Of a DNA stretch of 64,000 nucleotides, positions 1 to 12,055 are shown in pieces. The position numbers and the translations under genes were made by a program. The DNA comes from Stegostoma tigrinum (lineage: Eukaryota). Under the pieces are notes generated by a model that ran no database searches, was not told the DNA's origin, and worked only from the letters and a program-made list of their open reading frames with translations. Positions within the stretch are counted from its first letter, which is position 1. The number at the start of each line of letters is the position of its first letter. The DNA is taken from contig NC_081400.1 in assembly GCF_030684315.1 (NCBI RefSeq), positions 3,341,795 through 3,405,794 of the forward strand. The letters are read 5' to 3'.

Positions 1-335
1 CTGATGTAGAGGAGACCACATTGAGAGTAACGGATGCAATAAACCGGGTTGGGTGAGGTGCAGGTGATTCTCTGCCGGATATGGAAGGGCCTTGGACTGG
101 GTGAGCGGGGAGGTGCACGGGCACCTCTTGCGGTTGCAGGAAGGGTACTGGGTGTGGTGGAGCAGATGGTGGGGAGTGTAGAGCTGGTCAGGGAGTTGCA
201 AAGTGAGTGGTTGCTGTGAAACGAAGACAGAGGTGAAAAAGGAAATGCCTTTCTGGTGGTGCAATCTGGTTGTAGATGGCAGAAATATCAGAGGTTGGAG
301 GGGTGGTATGTGCGGACTAGGAGGACTCCATCATT
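1..335 (-). mobile_element. Decayed Penelope-like element fragment (GIY-YIG region)
   Basis: Degenerate match to the minus-strand PLE at 7560-7900 (atgtagaggagacc..., cggttgcagg..., gagtggt...). Confidence 0.55.
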
Positions 336-339
336 ATTG

Positions 340-1600
340 CTGTTGGCAGGAGGTGTAGGGTCTGGAGAATGATACAGAAATATTGAGTGGGTGCAGTGGC
401 TGGGGGAGGTTTCAAAAATGCCGAAGAGTTGTTGGGCTGGAGGAGATAACAGAGATAGGGAAGTAGGAGAGGCTGGAGGAGGTTGCAAAGTTGAGAAGGC
501 AGTAGGACCTGGAGGAGGTGACAGAGATACAGGGGGATGTAGGGCTGTAGGAAGTGAAAGATTGGGAGCAGTTGGAGGGGGTGAAAATATAGAGGGTTCT
601 AGGAGTCGGAGGACGTTACAGAGATAGAGAGGGGAATAGGGTCCAAAGGATGCCAAAGAGATAGGGTGGTAGGGTCTGGAGGAGATGATGGAGATGTCAA
701 GGCTGTTGGAGGTAGGTGAATTAACAGAGGTAGGAGAGGCTGAAGGAGGTTGCAGAGGTAGGGTGGCTGTATGGGCTGGCTGAGGTTACAATAGGGAGGG
801 TCTGTAGCGCTGGCATTGGTTACAGGGATAATGAGGGGTGTAGGTCCAGGAGGAGGTTACAGAGATAAGGAGCTGTGAAGGAGCAGGAGGAGATGACAGA
901 GATAGGGAGGTGTGAAGGGAGTGGAGGAGGTGACAGAGCTAGGGAGGTGTGAAGGGGCTGGAGGAGGTGACAGAGATAGGGAGGGGGTGTAGGGGCTGGA
1001 AGAGGTGACAGAGTAGGGAGGTTTGTAGGGGGTGGAGGCGATTACAGAGACAGGGAGGGGTATGGGGTTTGGAGGAAGTGATAGAGATAGGGAGTGGTGC
1101 AGAGGCTGGAGGCGGTGACAAAGATAGGGACATGTGTAGGAGCCGGAGGTGCTGACAGAGCACGTGTCTGCCACCTACTCAGTGAAGTTATTAAGCACCT
1201 CTGGAGTGTATGGGACTCGTACCCGACTTGCCTGGGCCAGAGGCAGAGATACTGCCACTGCACCATTCATCAGGTTTTAATAGCACTGAATAAATCCTTT
1301 TGACCCACTGTGTCATCAAACATCCATCTATTCCAAATAAAATCTGAAAGGAGTACAGATGCTGTAAGTCAGAAACAAAAACAGGAATTGCTGGAAATGT
1401 TCAGCAGGTCTTGCAGATAGGGAAAGGGTTACAGGAAGAGTGAGTGGTGTAAGGGCTGGAGGAGGTTACAGAGATGGAAAATGGCATTGGATGTAGTGGA
1501 GGTGACAGAGATAGTGAGGGGTGTAGCTGCTGGAGGGTGTTACAGAGATGGGGAGGGATGTAGGGGTGTACGTTGATTGTATAGGAATTGGCTGAGGGAG
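340..1600 (+). repeat. Degenerate purine-rich ~32-bp minisatellite (GGGGCTGGAGGAGGTKACAGAGATAGGGAGGGGTGTA), interrupted at 1165-1415
   Basis: Recurrent ggaggaggtgacagagatagggagg units. Confidence 0.85.
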
Positions 1601-2054
1601 TGAATGTTCTAAATGTGTTAGTGCTGTATTGGAACCATGTGTAGGTCAGTGTGTACCGGGTGCAGCAGGCCTGGGGGCACAGAGGCAGCAGGATTTTAGA
1701 ACAGCTGGGGTTGCGTGGAATCTGGGCGGCCGGCCAGAATAGCTCTGAAATGTCTGGTGAGAATTGACCTTCTGGGCCCAACAGAGGAACACTGCGTCCC
1801 TGTGTGTGTCCATTTACGGTTGGTTTGGGAACAAAATGTGTGTCTGCCTGAGCACAGTTTGTCTTTTGACCTTCGGGGAAAGTGCTGTTGTATGGGGTGG
1901 GGGGGGGAAGGAAAGAGAGACAGGACTAGCTGGTATTAAGATGGCTTTCCTTGTGCACCAGACACGCTGTTGATGAAGTGAAGCAGAATGAGGCGAAAGA
2001 GATAAGAGGACCAATGTGAACCTCCCCAAAACTGGAATCTGGCACGGTGATAAT

Positions 2055-2620
2055 AACATTCCTCAGACGACATGTCCATCCTGGGCCTCCTGCAGTGCCA
2101 CAATGATGCCACCCGAAGGTTGCAGGAACAGCAACTCATATTCCGCTTGGGAACCCTGCAGCCCAATGGCATAATTGTGGACTTCACAAGCTTCAAAATC
2201 CCCCCTCCCACTACTGCATCCCAAAACCAGCCCAGCTCGTCCCTGCCTCCCTAACCTGTCCTTCCTCTCACCTATCCCCTCTCCCCAACTCAAGCCGCAC
2301 CCCCATCTCCTACGTACTAACCTCATCCCGCCCCCTTGACCTGTCCATCCTCCCTGGACTGACCTATCCCCTCTCTACCTCCCCAACTACACTCAACTTT
2401 ATTGGCTCCATCCCCGCCTCTTTGACATGTCTGTCTCCTCTCCACCTATCTTCTCCTCTATCCATCTTCGATCCGCCTCCCCCTCTCTCCCTATTTATTT
2501 CAGAACCCCCTTCCCCTCCCCCATTTCTGATGAAAGGTCTAGGCCCGAAACGTCAGCCTTCCTGCTCCTCTGATGCTGCTTGGCCTGCTGTGCCCGTCCA
2601 GCTCTACATCTTGTTCTCTC
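2055..2620 (+). mobile_element. Penelope-like element 3' fragment with hammerhead motif
   Basis: Encodes ...GLLQCHNDATRRLQEQQLIFRLGTLQP; 3' region matches 62110-62694; CTGATGA..GAAACGTC at 2527-2554. Confidence 0.9.
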
Positions 2621-2644
2621 TCACAGTGATCTTGTTTCTTCCAG

Positions 2645-2723
2645 AGAAACGATGGCTGGTTGATGACATGAATGGAATGAGCTATGTTTGTCCTCATGGG
2701 GGATCCATTTCAATAATCGTAAG
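2645..2723 (+). CDS. DERM-domain (dermatopontin/hemagglutinin-amebocyte aggregation factor-like) gene, first identified coding exon
   Basis: ttgtttcttccag| (E)KRWLVDDMNGMSYVCPHGGSISIIV ag|gtaatt; phase 1 in, phase 2 out; splices in frame (AG+C=Ser) to 10751. Confidence 0.75.
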
Positions 2724-3099
2724 GTAATTATAACCAGCAGGAGACAGATGCTGAACTGTGGAGTCAGATGAGGCTGTGGGTTAGAGTTTAATTCTTAGTT
2801 TATGAATTTAGAATCCACCATCTGTCCTGCTGGGGTTCAAGACTGTCCCCCTGCCTTTGACAAGCTGATTCTTAATTTGCACATTATTTTGATGTTTGTA
2901 TTTTACTTTTTTCAATCATTTTGTAATCGACCTGCTCAGTGAACTTATTAAGCACCTCTGAAGTTTATGGGGCTCCTACCTAGCTCGCCTGGGCCAGAGG
3001 TAGAGATACTGCCACTGCACCACTCATCAGGTTTTAAGAGCACTGCTTGAGTCCTTTTGACCCACTGTGTCATCAAACATCCATCTATTCCAAATAAAA

Positions 3100-3312
3100 T
3101 CCGAAAGGAGTATGGATGCTGTAAGTCAGAAACAAAAACAGGAATTGCTGGAAAAGTTCAGCAGGTCTGGCAGCATCTGTGGAGAGAAATCAGAGTTAAC
3201 ATTTCAGGTCAAGTTCTGAGGAAGGGTTACTCACCCTGAAACGATAACTCTGATTTCTCTTCGCAGATGCTGCCAGAACTGCTGAGTTTTTCCAGCAATT
3301 TCTATTTTTGTT
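3100..3312. mobile_element. Palindromic PLE-derived short element (aaacaaaaacagaattgctgg... family)
   Basis: Long inverted arms around a CTGAGGAAGGG...CCTGAAAC core. Confidence 0.75.
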
Positions 3313-3779
3313 CTATGTATTCTGATCCCGTTTTAAAGCTTTTGGCCTGTAGCCTCGTATGTTCATTCGCAGGACCCCGTTCTTTGCAAACAGAAAGCAC
3401 ATTTACACACACACCGCCTGTTTTGCAAAGAAAGGAACACACACACAGTCTCACCGTCATCTACTGGTTGCTTTTTAATCTGTCTCACACATAGTCTAAC
3501 CTTTATCTAGATATTTTCAAATTGAATTGCTCCGAGATGTTATTACACACCTCTGGAACAGGTGGGACTTGAACCTGGGCTTTGGTCTCAGAGGAAGGGG
3601 CACTTCCATTGTACCAACACTTCAACCCTTCTCTCAAGTTTGCCTACCTGCACTGTAATAATCAGTCTCAATGACAACTTCCAACAGAGGGAAGTCAAGG
3701 TGAGTCAGTGCACCCACATGTCTGAGGTGAAAGACTCATTATTGCAGCAGTCACCCACAAGCACAGTTTTTATTTGTTG

Positions 3780-4070
3780 ACCTGATGTGGGCATTGCTGG
3801 CTTACTTTGCATTTATTGCACATCCCTAATTGGCTGTTCAGAGTCAACCACACTGCTGTGGGCTGGAGTCATCCATAAGGATGGGTGGCAGTTTCCATTC
3901 CTAAGGAACTTTAGTGAACCAGATGGGATTTTGCAATCATCAGACTTTTAATTCAAACTATTATTGAATTCAAATTTCACCGTCTGCCATGTTGGGATTC
4001 AAGAAAGGGTTTCCGGAACATTACCTGAGAGTCTGGTTGAATTGTCCAGCAATAATGCCACTAGGCCAGC
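3780..4070 (-). mobile_element. Deu-domain (SacSINE1-like) SINE
   Basis: gagtcaaccacactgctgtgggctggagtca...tgaaccagatgg core shared with 36030-36334 and 60545-60835. Confidence 0.6.
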
Positions 4071-4789
4071 ACCTCTTCCCCCCCGCTCCGCCCATCCTCA
4101 CCTCTCACCTTCGTGTTCCTCTGTTGGGTGCTGTTATAAGCATAGACACTGACATGCACATGCATGGTCTGTTAGGTTCAGTACCTAACCCTATGCTATC
4201 CCTTACCTGGAAGTGTTTGATAGAAGACAGTGCAGAGGGAGCTTTACTCTGTACCTAAACCCATGCTATTTCTGTCCTGGGGGTGGGTGTTGGGGCACAA
4301 GTGTCCGGGAAGCTTTACTCTGTATCTAACTCTGTGCTGTCTCTGTTCTGGGAGTGATTGTCCCCCCCACCCCGCTATCAAACACTCCCAGGGACAGCAC
4401 AGGATTCATACAGAGTAAAGATTCTCTTCACTGCACCCCATCCCTGCTCCACCAGTGTAGAGAAGCTTTACTCTATATCTAACCCTGTGCTGTCCTTGTC
4501 CTGGGAGTATGTGGAGGTCATTTTCTCATTATGAGTAATGTCTGTGTAAACACAAAGGTAAATAACAATGATTCACAAACTTAAAGTAAACACACACACA
4601 GTCTCATCCATACCTCTTTCTGCTTGGTGCTGTAATAATCATTCTCTCTGTCTCTCACACAAATACACACATTTTTATTTCCCTCTGCTGAACTCTTTTA
4701 ATATCATTCACATGCATGCTTTAGCTCTTTCATCTCCCTCTGCTGGTTCCTGTAATAATAAAAATGAGAAGGTGAAAAATGCGAGGTGT

Positions 4790-6150
4790 TGCATTTTGTT
4801 AAGACAAACTAGGGCAGGACTTATACAGTTAATGGCTGGGCCCTGGGGAGTGTTGTCAAACAGAGAGACCAAGGGATTCAAGGACATAGTTCCTTGAAAG
4901 TGGAGTCGCAGGTAGACAGGGCAGTGAAGGAGGTGTATGGTATGCTTGCCTCTGTTGGCCAGTGCATTGAGTATAGGAGTTGGGATATCATGTTGTGACT
5001 GTACAGGACATTGATGAGGCCACTTTTGGAATAATGCATACAGTTCTGGTCGCTCTGCTGCAAGTAGGATGTTATTACATTGGAACGGGTGCAGAAAAGA
5101 TTTACAAGTATGTTATTAGGACTGTGGGTTTGAGATGCAAGAGGTGTGTTGGAATTTTTTCACTGCAGCATTGGAGATTGAAGGGGTAACCTTATAGAGG
5201 TTTATAAAATCACAGAGAGAAAAGGTGAATAGCAAAGGTCTTTTTCATAGGGTAGTGGAGTTCAAAACTAGAAAGCATAGGTTTAAGGTGAGAGGAGATA
5301 GACTTGAAAGGCTCATGAGGAGCAACTTTTTCGCACAGGGTGGTTTGTGTCTAGATCATAGAACCCCTACAATGTGGAAACAGGCCATTCAGCCCAAATC
5401 GACCCTCACAGCATCCCCCCCACCCCATCCCCCTATAATCCACCTAATCTACACATTCTTGAACACTGTAGGCACTTTAGCATGGCCAGTCCACCTAGCC
5501 TTGCACATCTTTGGCCTGTGGGAGGAGACCCATGAAGACACAGAGAGGATGTGCAAACTCCACATCTGAGGGTGGAATTGAACCTGGGGTCCCTGGCGCT
5601 GTGAAGCAGCACTGCTAACCACCATGCTGCCCCAAACAACACAATGTGGAAGTAGGCCATTCAACCCTGAGTCCACACCAACCCTCCAAAGGACAGGCCC
5701 AACCCCTACCCTGTCCACAGGACTCCGTATTTCCCATGGCTAATCCACCTAGACACATCCCTAGACACTCTGGGGAATTTAGCATGGCCAATCCACCTAA
5801 TCTGCATGTCTTTGTACTGTGGCAGAAAACCCACACAGACATCGGGAGAACTTGGGTGGAATTTGCACATAGTGACCTGAGGGTGGAATCGAACCCAGGT
5901 CTTTGGTGCTGTGAGGCAGCAGTGCTAACCAGTGAGCCACCATGTGCCTGGAGTGAACTGTCAGAAGATGTGGTAGAGGCGGGTAAAGTTAAAAATAAAT
6001 TGAAAGACATTTGGGCTGGTATATGAATAGGAAAGGTTTAGAGGAATATGAGCCGAAGTTAGGCAAATAGGACTCATTTAATTTGGGAAACCTGGTCGGC
6101 ACGGTTTGGACCGATGGGTCAGTTTCCGTGCTGTATGAATCTATGAGTTG
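4790..6150 (+). mobile_element. Decayed CR1 LINE 3' fragment interrupted by two HE1-like SINEs
   Basis: CR1 ORF2 C-terminal remnants (LYRTLMRPLLE..VQFWS); continues at 5940 after the SINEs. Confidence 0.75.
5355..5942 (-). mobile_element. Two tandem tRNA-derived HE1-like SINEs
   Basis: Reverse complement gives GGCA(C/T)GGTGG..GGTTAGCACTGCTGCCTCACAGCACCA.AGACCTGGGTTCGATTCC A/B-box heads. Confidence 0.8.
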
Positions 6151-6194
6151 GTGACTGTATGACCCTCACAAGCAGAGATTCATTCTTAACACAG

Positions 6195-6565
6195 TGTGGA
6201 GCTAGAGGAGCAAAATCTCCCCATCCCCAGCCTCATCCTATGACCAACCCTCCCTCTCATCCCCGCCTCCTTGCCCTGACACAATCTGTCCATCTTCTCT
6301 CCCACCTGTCCGCTCCTCCTACCCCACTGACTAATCCCCACCACTGCCTATCTGCACTCACCTATCACCATCCTACATATCTTCCCCAGTACCATGTCTC
6401 CTCTCTATTTATTTCAGAGCTCCCTTCCCCTTCCCCCATTTCTGAAGAAGGCTCCCAACCTGAAATGTCAACTTTCCTGCTCCTCTGATGCTGCCTGGCC
6501 TGCTGTGCTCCCTCAGAAAAATCACTGTGTTATCTCTGACTCCAGTATCGGCAGTTCTTTATCAT
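6195..6565 (+). mobile_element. Older PLE 3'-end remnant
   Basis: ttctgaagaaggctcccaacctgaaatgtc plus cctgctcctctgatgctgc tail. Confidence 0.65.
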
Positions 6566-6662
6566 TGAGAGAGTTTCATTTTTAGTTTCCTCTGATGGAG
6601 ATGATTATAATTTCTGCCTCTGTTTCTCTGTCTCTCGTTCTTGCTCCCTCTCTCACACATGA

Positions 6663-6667
<5 letters not shown>

Positions 6668-6711
<44 letters not shown>
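6668..6711. repeat. (CA)n microsatellite
   Basis: Direct observation. Confidence 0.95.
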
Positions 6712-6715
<4 letters not shown>

Positions 6716-6865
6716 CCCATCTCCATCTCTCTCTGCTGGGTGCTCTAATAGTAATCAGAGAGATGCACACAAACGAGCAGACTCACACACATTAACTCCC
6801 TGTTCTGAAGACTGTTATAATGTTACATATGCTCACCGACACAAACAGATATGGTCTCACCTTCA

Positions 6866-9661
6866 AGATAATAAAATGTGAGGCTGGATGAACACAGCAG
6901 GCCAAGCAGCATCTCAGGAGCACAAAAGCTGACGTTTCGGGTCTAGACCCTTCATCAGAGAGGGGGGTGGGGAGACGGAACTGGAATAAATAGGGAGAGA
7001 GGGGGAGGCGGACCGAAGATGGAGGCTAAAGAAGATAGGTGGAGAGAGTATAGGTGGGGAGGTAGGGAGGGGATAGGTCAGTCCAGGGAAGACGGACAGG
7101 TCAAGGAGGTGGGATGAGGTTAGTAGGTAGCTGGGGGTGCGGCTTGGGGTGGGAGGAAGGGATGGGTGAGAAGAAGAACCGGTTAGGGAGGCAGAGACAG
7201 GTTGGACTGGTTTTGGGATGCAGTGGTGAGGGGGAAGAGCTGGGCTGGTTGTGTGGTGCAGTGGGGGGAGGGGACGAACTGGGCTGGTTTAGGGATGCAG
7301 TCGGGGAAGGGGAGATTTTGAAACTGGTGAAGTCCACATTGATACCATATGGCTGCAGGGTTCCCAGGCGGAATATGAGTTGCTGTTCCTGCAACCTTCG
7401 GGTGGCATCATTGTGGCAGTGCAGGAGGCCCATGATGGACATGTCATCTAGAGAATGGGAGGGGGAGTGGAAATGGTTTGCAACTGGGAGGTGCAGTTGT
7501 TTGTTGCGAACTGAGCGGAGGTGTTCTGCAAAGCGGTCCCCAAGCCTCCGCTTGGTTTCCCCAATGTAGAGGAAGCCGCACTGGGTACAGTGGATGCAGT
7601 ATACCACATTGGCAGATGTGCAGGTGAACCTCTGCTTAATGTGGAATGTCATCTTTGGGCCTGGGATAGGGGTGAGGGAGGAGGTGTGGGGACAAGTGTA
7701 GCATTTCCTGCGGTTGCAGGGGAAGGTGCCGGGTGTGGTGGGGTTGGAGGGCAGTGTGGAGCGAACAAGGGAGTCACGGAGAGAGTGGTCTCTCCGGAAA
7801 GCAGACAGGGGTGGGGATGGAAAAATGTCTTGGGTGGTGGGGTCAGATTGTAAATGGCGGAAGTGTCGGAGGATGATGCGTTGTATCCGGAGGTTGGTAG
7901 GGTGGTGTGTGAGAATGAGGGGGATCCTCTTAGGGCGGTTGTGGCGGGGGCGGGGTGTGAGGGATGTGTTGCGGGAAATATGGGAGACGCGGTCAAGGGT
8001 GTTCTCGATCACTGTGGGGGGAAAGTTGCGGTCCTTAAAGAACTTGGACATCTGGGATGTGCGGGAGTGGAATGTCTTATCGTGGGAGCAGATGTGGCGG
8101 AGGCGGAGGAATTGGGAATAGGGGATGGAATTTTTGCAGGAGGGTGGGTGGGAGGAGGTGTATTCTAGGTAGCTGTGGGAGTTGGTGGGCTTGAAATGGA
8201 CATCAGTTACAAGCTGGTTGCCTGAGATGGAGACTGAGAGGTCCAGGAAGGTGAGGGATGTGCTGGAGATGGCCCAGGTGAACTGAAGGTTGGGGTGGAA
8301 GGTGTTGGTGAAGTGGATGAACTGTTCGAGCTCCTCTGGGGAGCAAGAGGCTACACTTGTCCCCACACCTCCCCCCTTACCCCTATCCCAGGCCCAAAGA
8401 TGACATTCCACATTAAGCAGAGGTTCACCTGCACATCTGCCAATGTGGTATACTGCATCCACTGTACCCGGTGCGGCTTCCTCTACATTGGGGAAACCAC
8501 ACGGAGGCTTGGGGACCGCTTTGCAGAACACCTCCGCTCAGTTCGCAACAAACAACTGCACCTCCCAGTTGCAAACCATTTCCACTCCCCCTCCCATTCT
8601 CTAGATGACATGTCCATCATGGGCCTCCTGCACTGCCACAATGATGCCACCCGAAGGTTGCAGGAACAGCAACTCATATTCCGCCTGGGAACCCTGCAGC
8701 CATATGGTATCAATGTGGACTTCACCAGTTTCAAAATCTCCCCTTCCCCCACTGCATCCCTAAACCAGCCCAGTTCGTCCCCTCCCCCCACTGCACCACA
8801 CAACCAGCCCAGCTCTTCCCCCCCACCCACTGCATCCCAAAACCAGTCCAACCTGTTTCTGCCTCCCTAACCGGTTCTTCCTCTCACCCATCCCTTCCTC
8901 CCACCCCAAGCTGCACCCCCAGCTACCTACTAACCTCATCCCACCTCCTTGACCTGTCCGTCTTCCCTGGACTGACCTATCCCCTCCCTACCTCCCCTAC
9001 CTCCCAGTTGCAAACCATTTCCACTCCCCCTCCCATTCTCTAGATGACATGTCCATCATGGGCCTCCTGCACTGCCACAATGATGCCACCCGAAGGTTGC
9101 AGGAACAGCAACTCATATTCCGCCTGGGAACCCTGCAGCCATATGGTATCAATGTGGACTTCACCAGTTTCAAAATCTCCCCTTCCCCCACTGCATCCCT
9201 AAACCAGCCCAGTTCGTCCCCTCCCCCCACTGCACCACACAACCAGCCCAGCTCTTCCCCCCCACCCACTGCATCCCAAAACCAGTCCAACCTGTTTCTG
9301 CCTCCCTAACCGGTTCTTCCTCTCACCCATCCCTTCCTCCCACCCCAAGCTGCACCCCCAGCTACCTACTAACCTCATCCCACCTCCTTGACCTGTCCGT
9401 CTTCCCTGGACTGACCTATCCCCTCCCTACCTCCCCACCTATACTCTCTCCACCTATCTTCTTTAGCCTCCATCTTTGGTCCGCCTCCCCCTCTCTCCCT
9501 ATTTATTCCAGTTCCCTCTCCCCATCCCCCTCTCTGATGAAGGGTCTAGGCCCGAAACGTCAGCTTTTGTGCTCCTGAGATGCTGCTTGGCCTGCTGTGT
9601 TCATCCAGCCTCACATTTTATTATCTTGGAATTCTCCAGCATCTGCAGTTCCCATTATCTC
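6866..9661. mobile_element. Composite Penelope-like insertion: minus copy 6866-8350, plus copy 8351-8998, tandem plus 3' repeat 8999-9661
   Basis: RT C-terminus (FLDL), PCNRRKCYTC linker (Neptune-like), GIY-YIG VVYCIHC..CGFLYIGET; 14-bp TSD TGGTCTCACCTTCA at 6852-6865 and 9662-9675. Confidence 0.93.
9534..9561 (+). ncRNA. Minimal hammerhead-ribozyme-like motif of PLE terminal repeat (also at 2527-2554 +, 6931-6958 -, 27278-27305 -, 62603-62630 +)
   Basis: CUGAUGA-A-GGGUCUAG(G/A)CCC-GAAA-CGUC: core, stem II hairpin, palindromic ACGU helix III, GUC cleavage triplet. Confidence 0.7.
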
Positions 9662-10029
9662 TGGTCTCACCTTCATCTCCCTCTGTTGGCTGCTGTTATA
9701 ACCATGCGCATGCAAACAGAACATGTAAGGTGTCACTTCAGGAGCTTTGCTCCGTGTCTAACCCTGTGCTGCCCCTGTCCTGGGAGTATTTGATGGGGTG
9801 GCAGGGTAGAGGGAGCTTTACTCTGTGTCTAACCCCATACTGCCTGTCCTGGAAGTCAATGGAGGCTATTTTTTCATTACAGAATAGCATTCTGTCAAGA
9901 GAAAGATTGCCAACTGATGGGCATGAATTTAAAGTAATTGGTGGAAAGATTGATCCGGGAATTGAAGAAAAATATTTTTGTCCAGAAGACAGTGGGGATC
10001 TGGAGCTCACAGTCCATCTGAATAGTGGA

Positions 10030-10460
10030 GGAAGGAATGGTTATCCCATTGTCGAAAATACCGTTCTCAAAACAGCTTATGCTTGCAATACAGTGCCTAG
10101 TGTAAGATGTGATTCAGCAATAGGGCAGCATTTGCTGGATAATTCTGAATTACACTGGAAATCAATTTAGGATTGGAGTGTGATGGACTTGTGTTTTGGA
10201 AGCTACATATGTTCATACACAGGGCCATGTTCTTTGCAGACAGAAAAAAATGTTTAAATATACCATGCCTATTTCAACCTAACAGAAAGGCACTAGCTAC
10301 GCATCAATGGCCTGATCAATCAAAGCCAACTTACTTGGTTTAAAATTTAAACAAAAGTAGGCATTTAACTGTCAATCTACTTTAAAGGTGCATTCTCTCT
10401 GTAAGTCTTCTAACACTCAGATTCCACTTGCCACCTGATCAACACTCCAAAGCAGTAGAA
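10030..10460 (+). mobile_element. Old, different PLE family 3' remnant
   Basis: CDSAIGQHLLDN peptide typical of a GIY-YIG C-terminus; degenerate cctgat..ctccaaagc tail. Confidence 0.45.
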
Positions 10461-10750
10461 ATGTCAGTATGCCACTTGAATTGGTATTCTTGAGAAGGGT
10501 CCTGGTGAGTTCCAGATGGGTACCGTTCCTCCTTCCAGCAATACTCAGGTTTTGTGCCCCTAGGCGACCATTTGGGGAGGCACTTGCTGTCACCTGCAGT
10601 GTTACAGACCCAGAGCTGGGAACTAAGATTAGTCCAGGTACATCTGTCTGGCACCATGGACTGTACGTGCTGCATGCTCCCCTCAGACAGCTTTTCCATG
10701 CCTCTGTCACCTCAAACTATAATTGTTGCAACCTTTTTTCCTGCAACCAG

Positions 10751-10939
10751 CCAGTTCAACAACAAGACCAATGAGCGAGTCTGGGACTTTGCCTGTAAGG
10801 CCACCTTCAGAGGGATCATCAACTGCAGTTGGACTGATTACGTCAACAATTTTGATGAAGGCATCAACTTCTCCTGCCCTTCTGAGGCACTGATTTGCGG
10901 GGTGGAAAATCTCCGACTTCCGAAGCACAGGGACCGGAA
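10751..10939 (+). CDS. DERM-domain gene exon (62 codons)
   Basis: ttttttcctgcaaccag| QFNNKTNERVWDFACKATFRGIINCSWTDYVNNFDEGINFSCPSEALICGVENLRLPKHRDR aa|gtaatg; DERM motifs R-x-W-x-F-x-C and W-T-x-Y-V-N-x-F-D. Confidence 0.88.
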
Positions 10940-11219
10940 GTAATGTTCTTCTTTCTGAGATTTCTCCCCCTCAGATTATCGAGAAAATTGTTTGTGTCTT
11001 CACACTCTTTACTGCCATCTTTAGGACCACTTAGATATGCACTTAGATATGCTTTGGCCACAGCCATGCTGAGCTGCCTGGCTCGAACACTTGCAGCTGC
11101 AATCATCTGCCATTAAATGGAGTTACTGGGTATCCAGAAGGTGCAGATCCCAGGACCTATTCAAACAGCATTACTAGTCTCTGTTCTGTCGCTACAGCAT
11201 GAACGCAAACTTCAATCTG

Positions 11220-12055
11220 TCACTGTCACTCTTCCACCCCCCCGCCATCCTCTTTCTCTCCTCAACCTCTCTCTCTTACCGTCCCTCCCTCTGTACTATC
11301 TGTCTTGCTGACCTTCAGTTAGACCGTCTCCTTGCTCACTCCCTCACTCAGTTCTACTCCTCCCTCCCTAACTCCCCTCTCTCACCTCTGTTGCTCTTCC
11401 CTTGCCCTCTCTGACTCTCTCACTTCCCTCCATCCTTTAGTCTGTCTCCCTCCCCTCCCTTCCTCTAACGCTTCTTCCTCTGTCTTTCACACATTCTCTT
11501 ACTGTTCTCTCTCACTTCCTTTCCTCTCTTACTTAGCTTTTTACTCTTCTCTGTCTCCTCTCATTCCCATTCCTTCCATACTCTCTCCCTCTCTCTATCT
11601 CTCTCTGACATACACTGTCTCTTACTGTCTCTCTCTCTGTCATTCTCCTTCCTCTTTTTACTAGCCTTACTGTCTTTTCTGTCTCTTTCCCCATCTCTCT
11701 GTGACACCCTCTCTCCCCCTTCCTCCCTCATTCTCTGTGTATCCCTCCATCATCTACCTTTTTTCACATTCCTGGTCTTCTCACTCACTGTCTCTCTGTC
11801 ATATCTCTCCATGCCTCTCTCAAGCTCCAGTCTCTCTCACTCTGTCTGTTTCTCACACCTTCTCTTACACCCTCCCACTTTCCTCCTGTCACTCCGTCGA
11901 CCACTTTCTTTGTCTCTTCTTCTCTCTCTCACCCTCTCTCTTTCTAACACTCTCTTTCTCTCTTCCTCCGCATTCTTTCTTTCTCTGTCTCACCCTCCCT
12001 CTCCCAGTCACCCCTCCCTCCCTCTCTATCTTATTTTCTCCTATATGTTCTCTCA
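11220..12055 (+). repeat. Pyrimidine-rich (CT) low-complexity tract, continuing at 17843-18050 beyond the LTR element
   Basis: Direct observation. Confidence 0.85.

Noticed and set aside
1764-1900. Candidate DERM leader exon (ASLCVSIY g|gttggt or MCVCLSTVCLLTFG)
   Set aside because: The first has no in-frame ATG or hydrophobic core; the second lacks a phase-1 donor
5560-5942. tRNA genes
   Set aside because: The A/B boxes belong to tRNA-derived SINE heads; no complete cloverleaf
7101-8870. 476-aa and 191-aa ORFs as novel proteins
   Set aside because: Chimeric read-through across the PLE inversion junction at 8350
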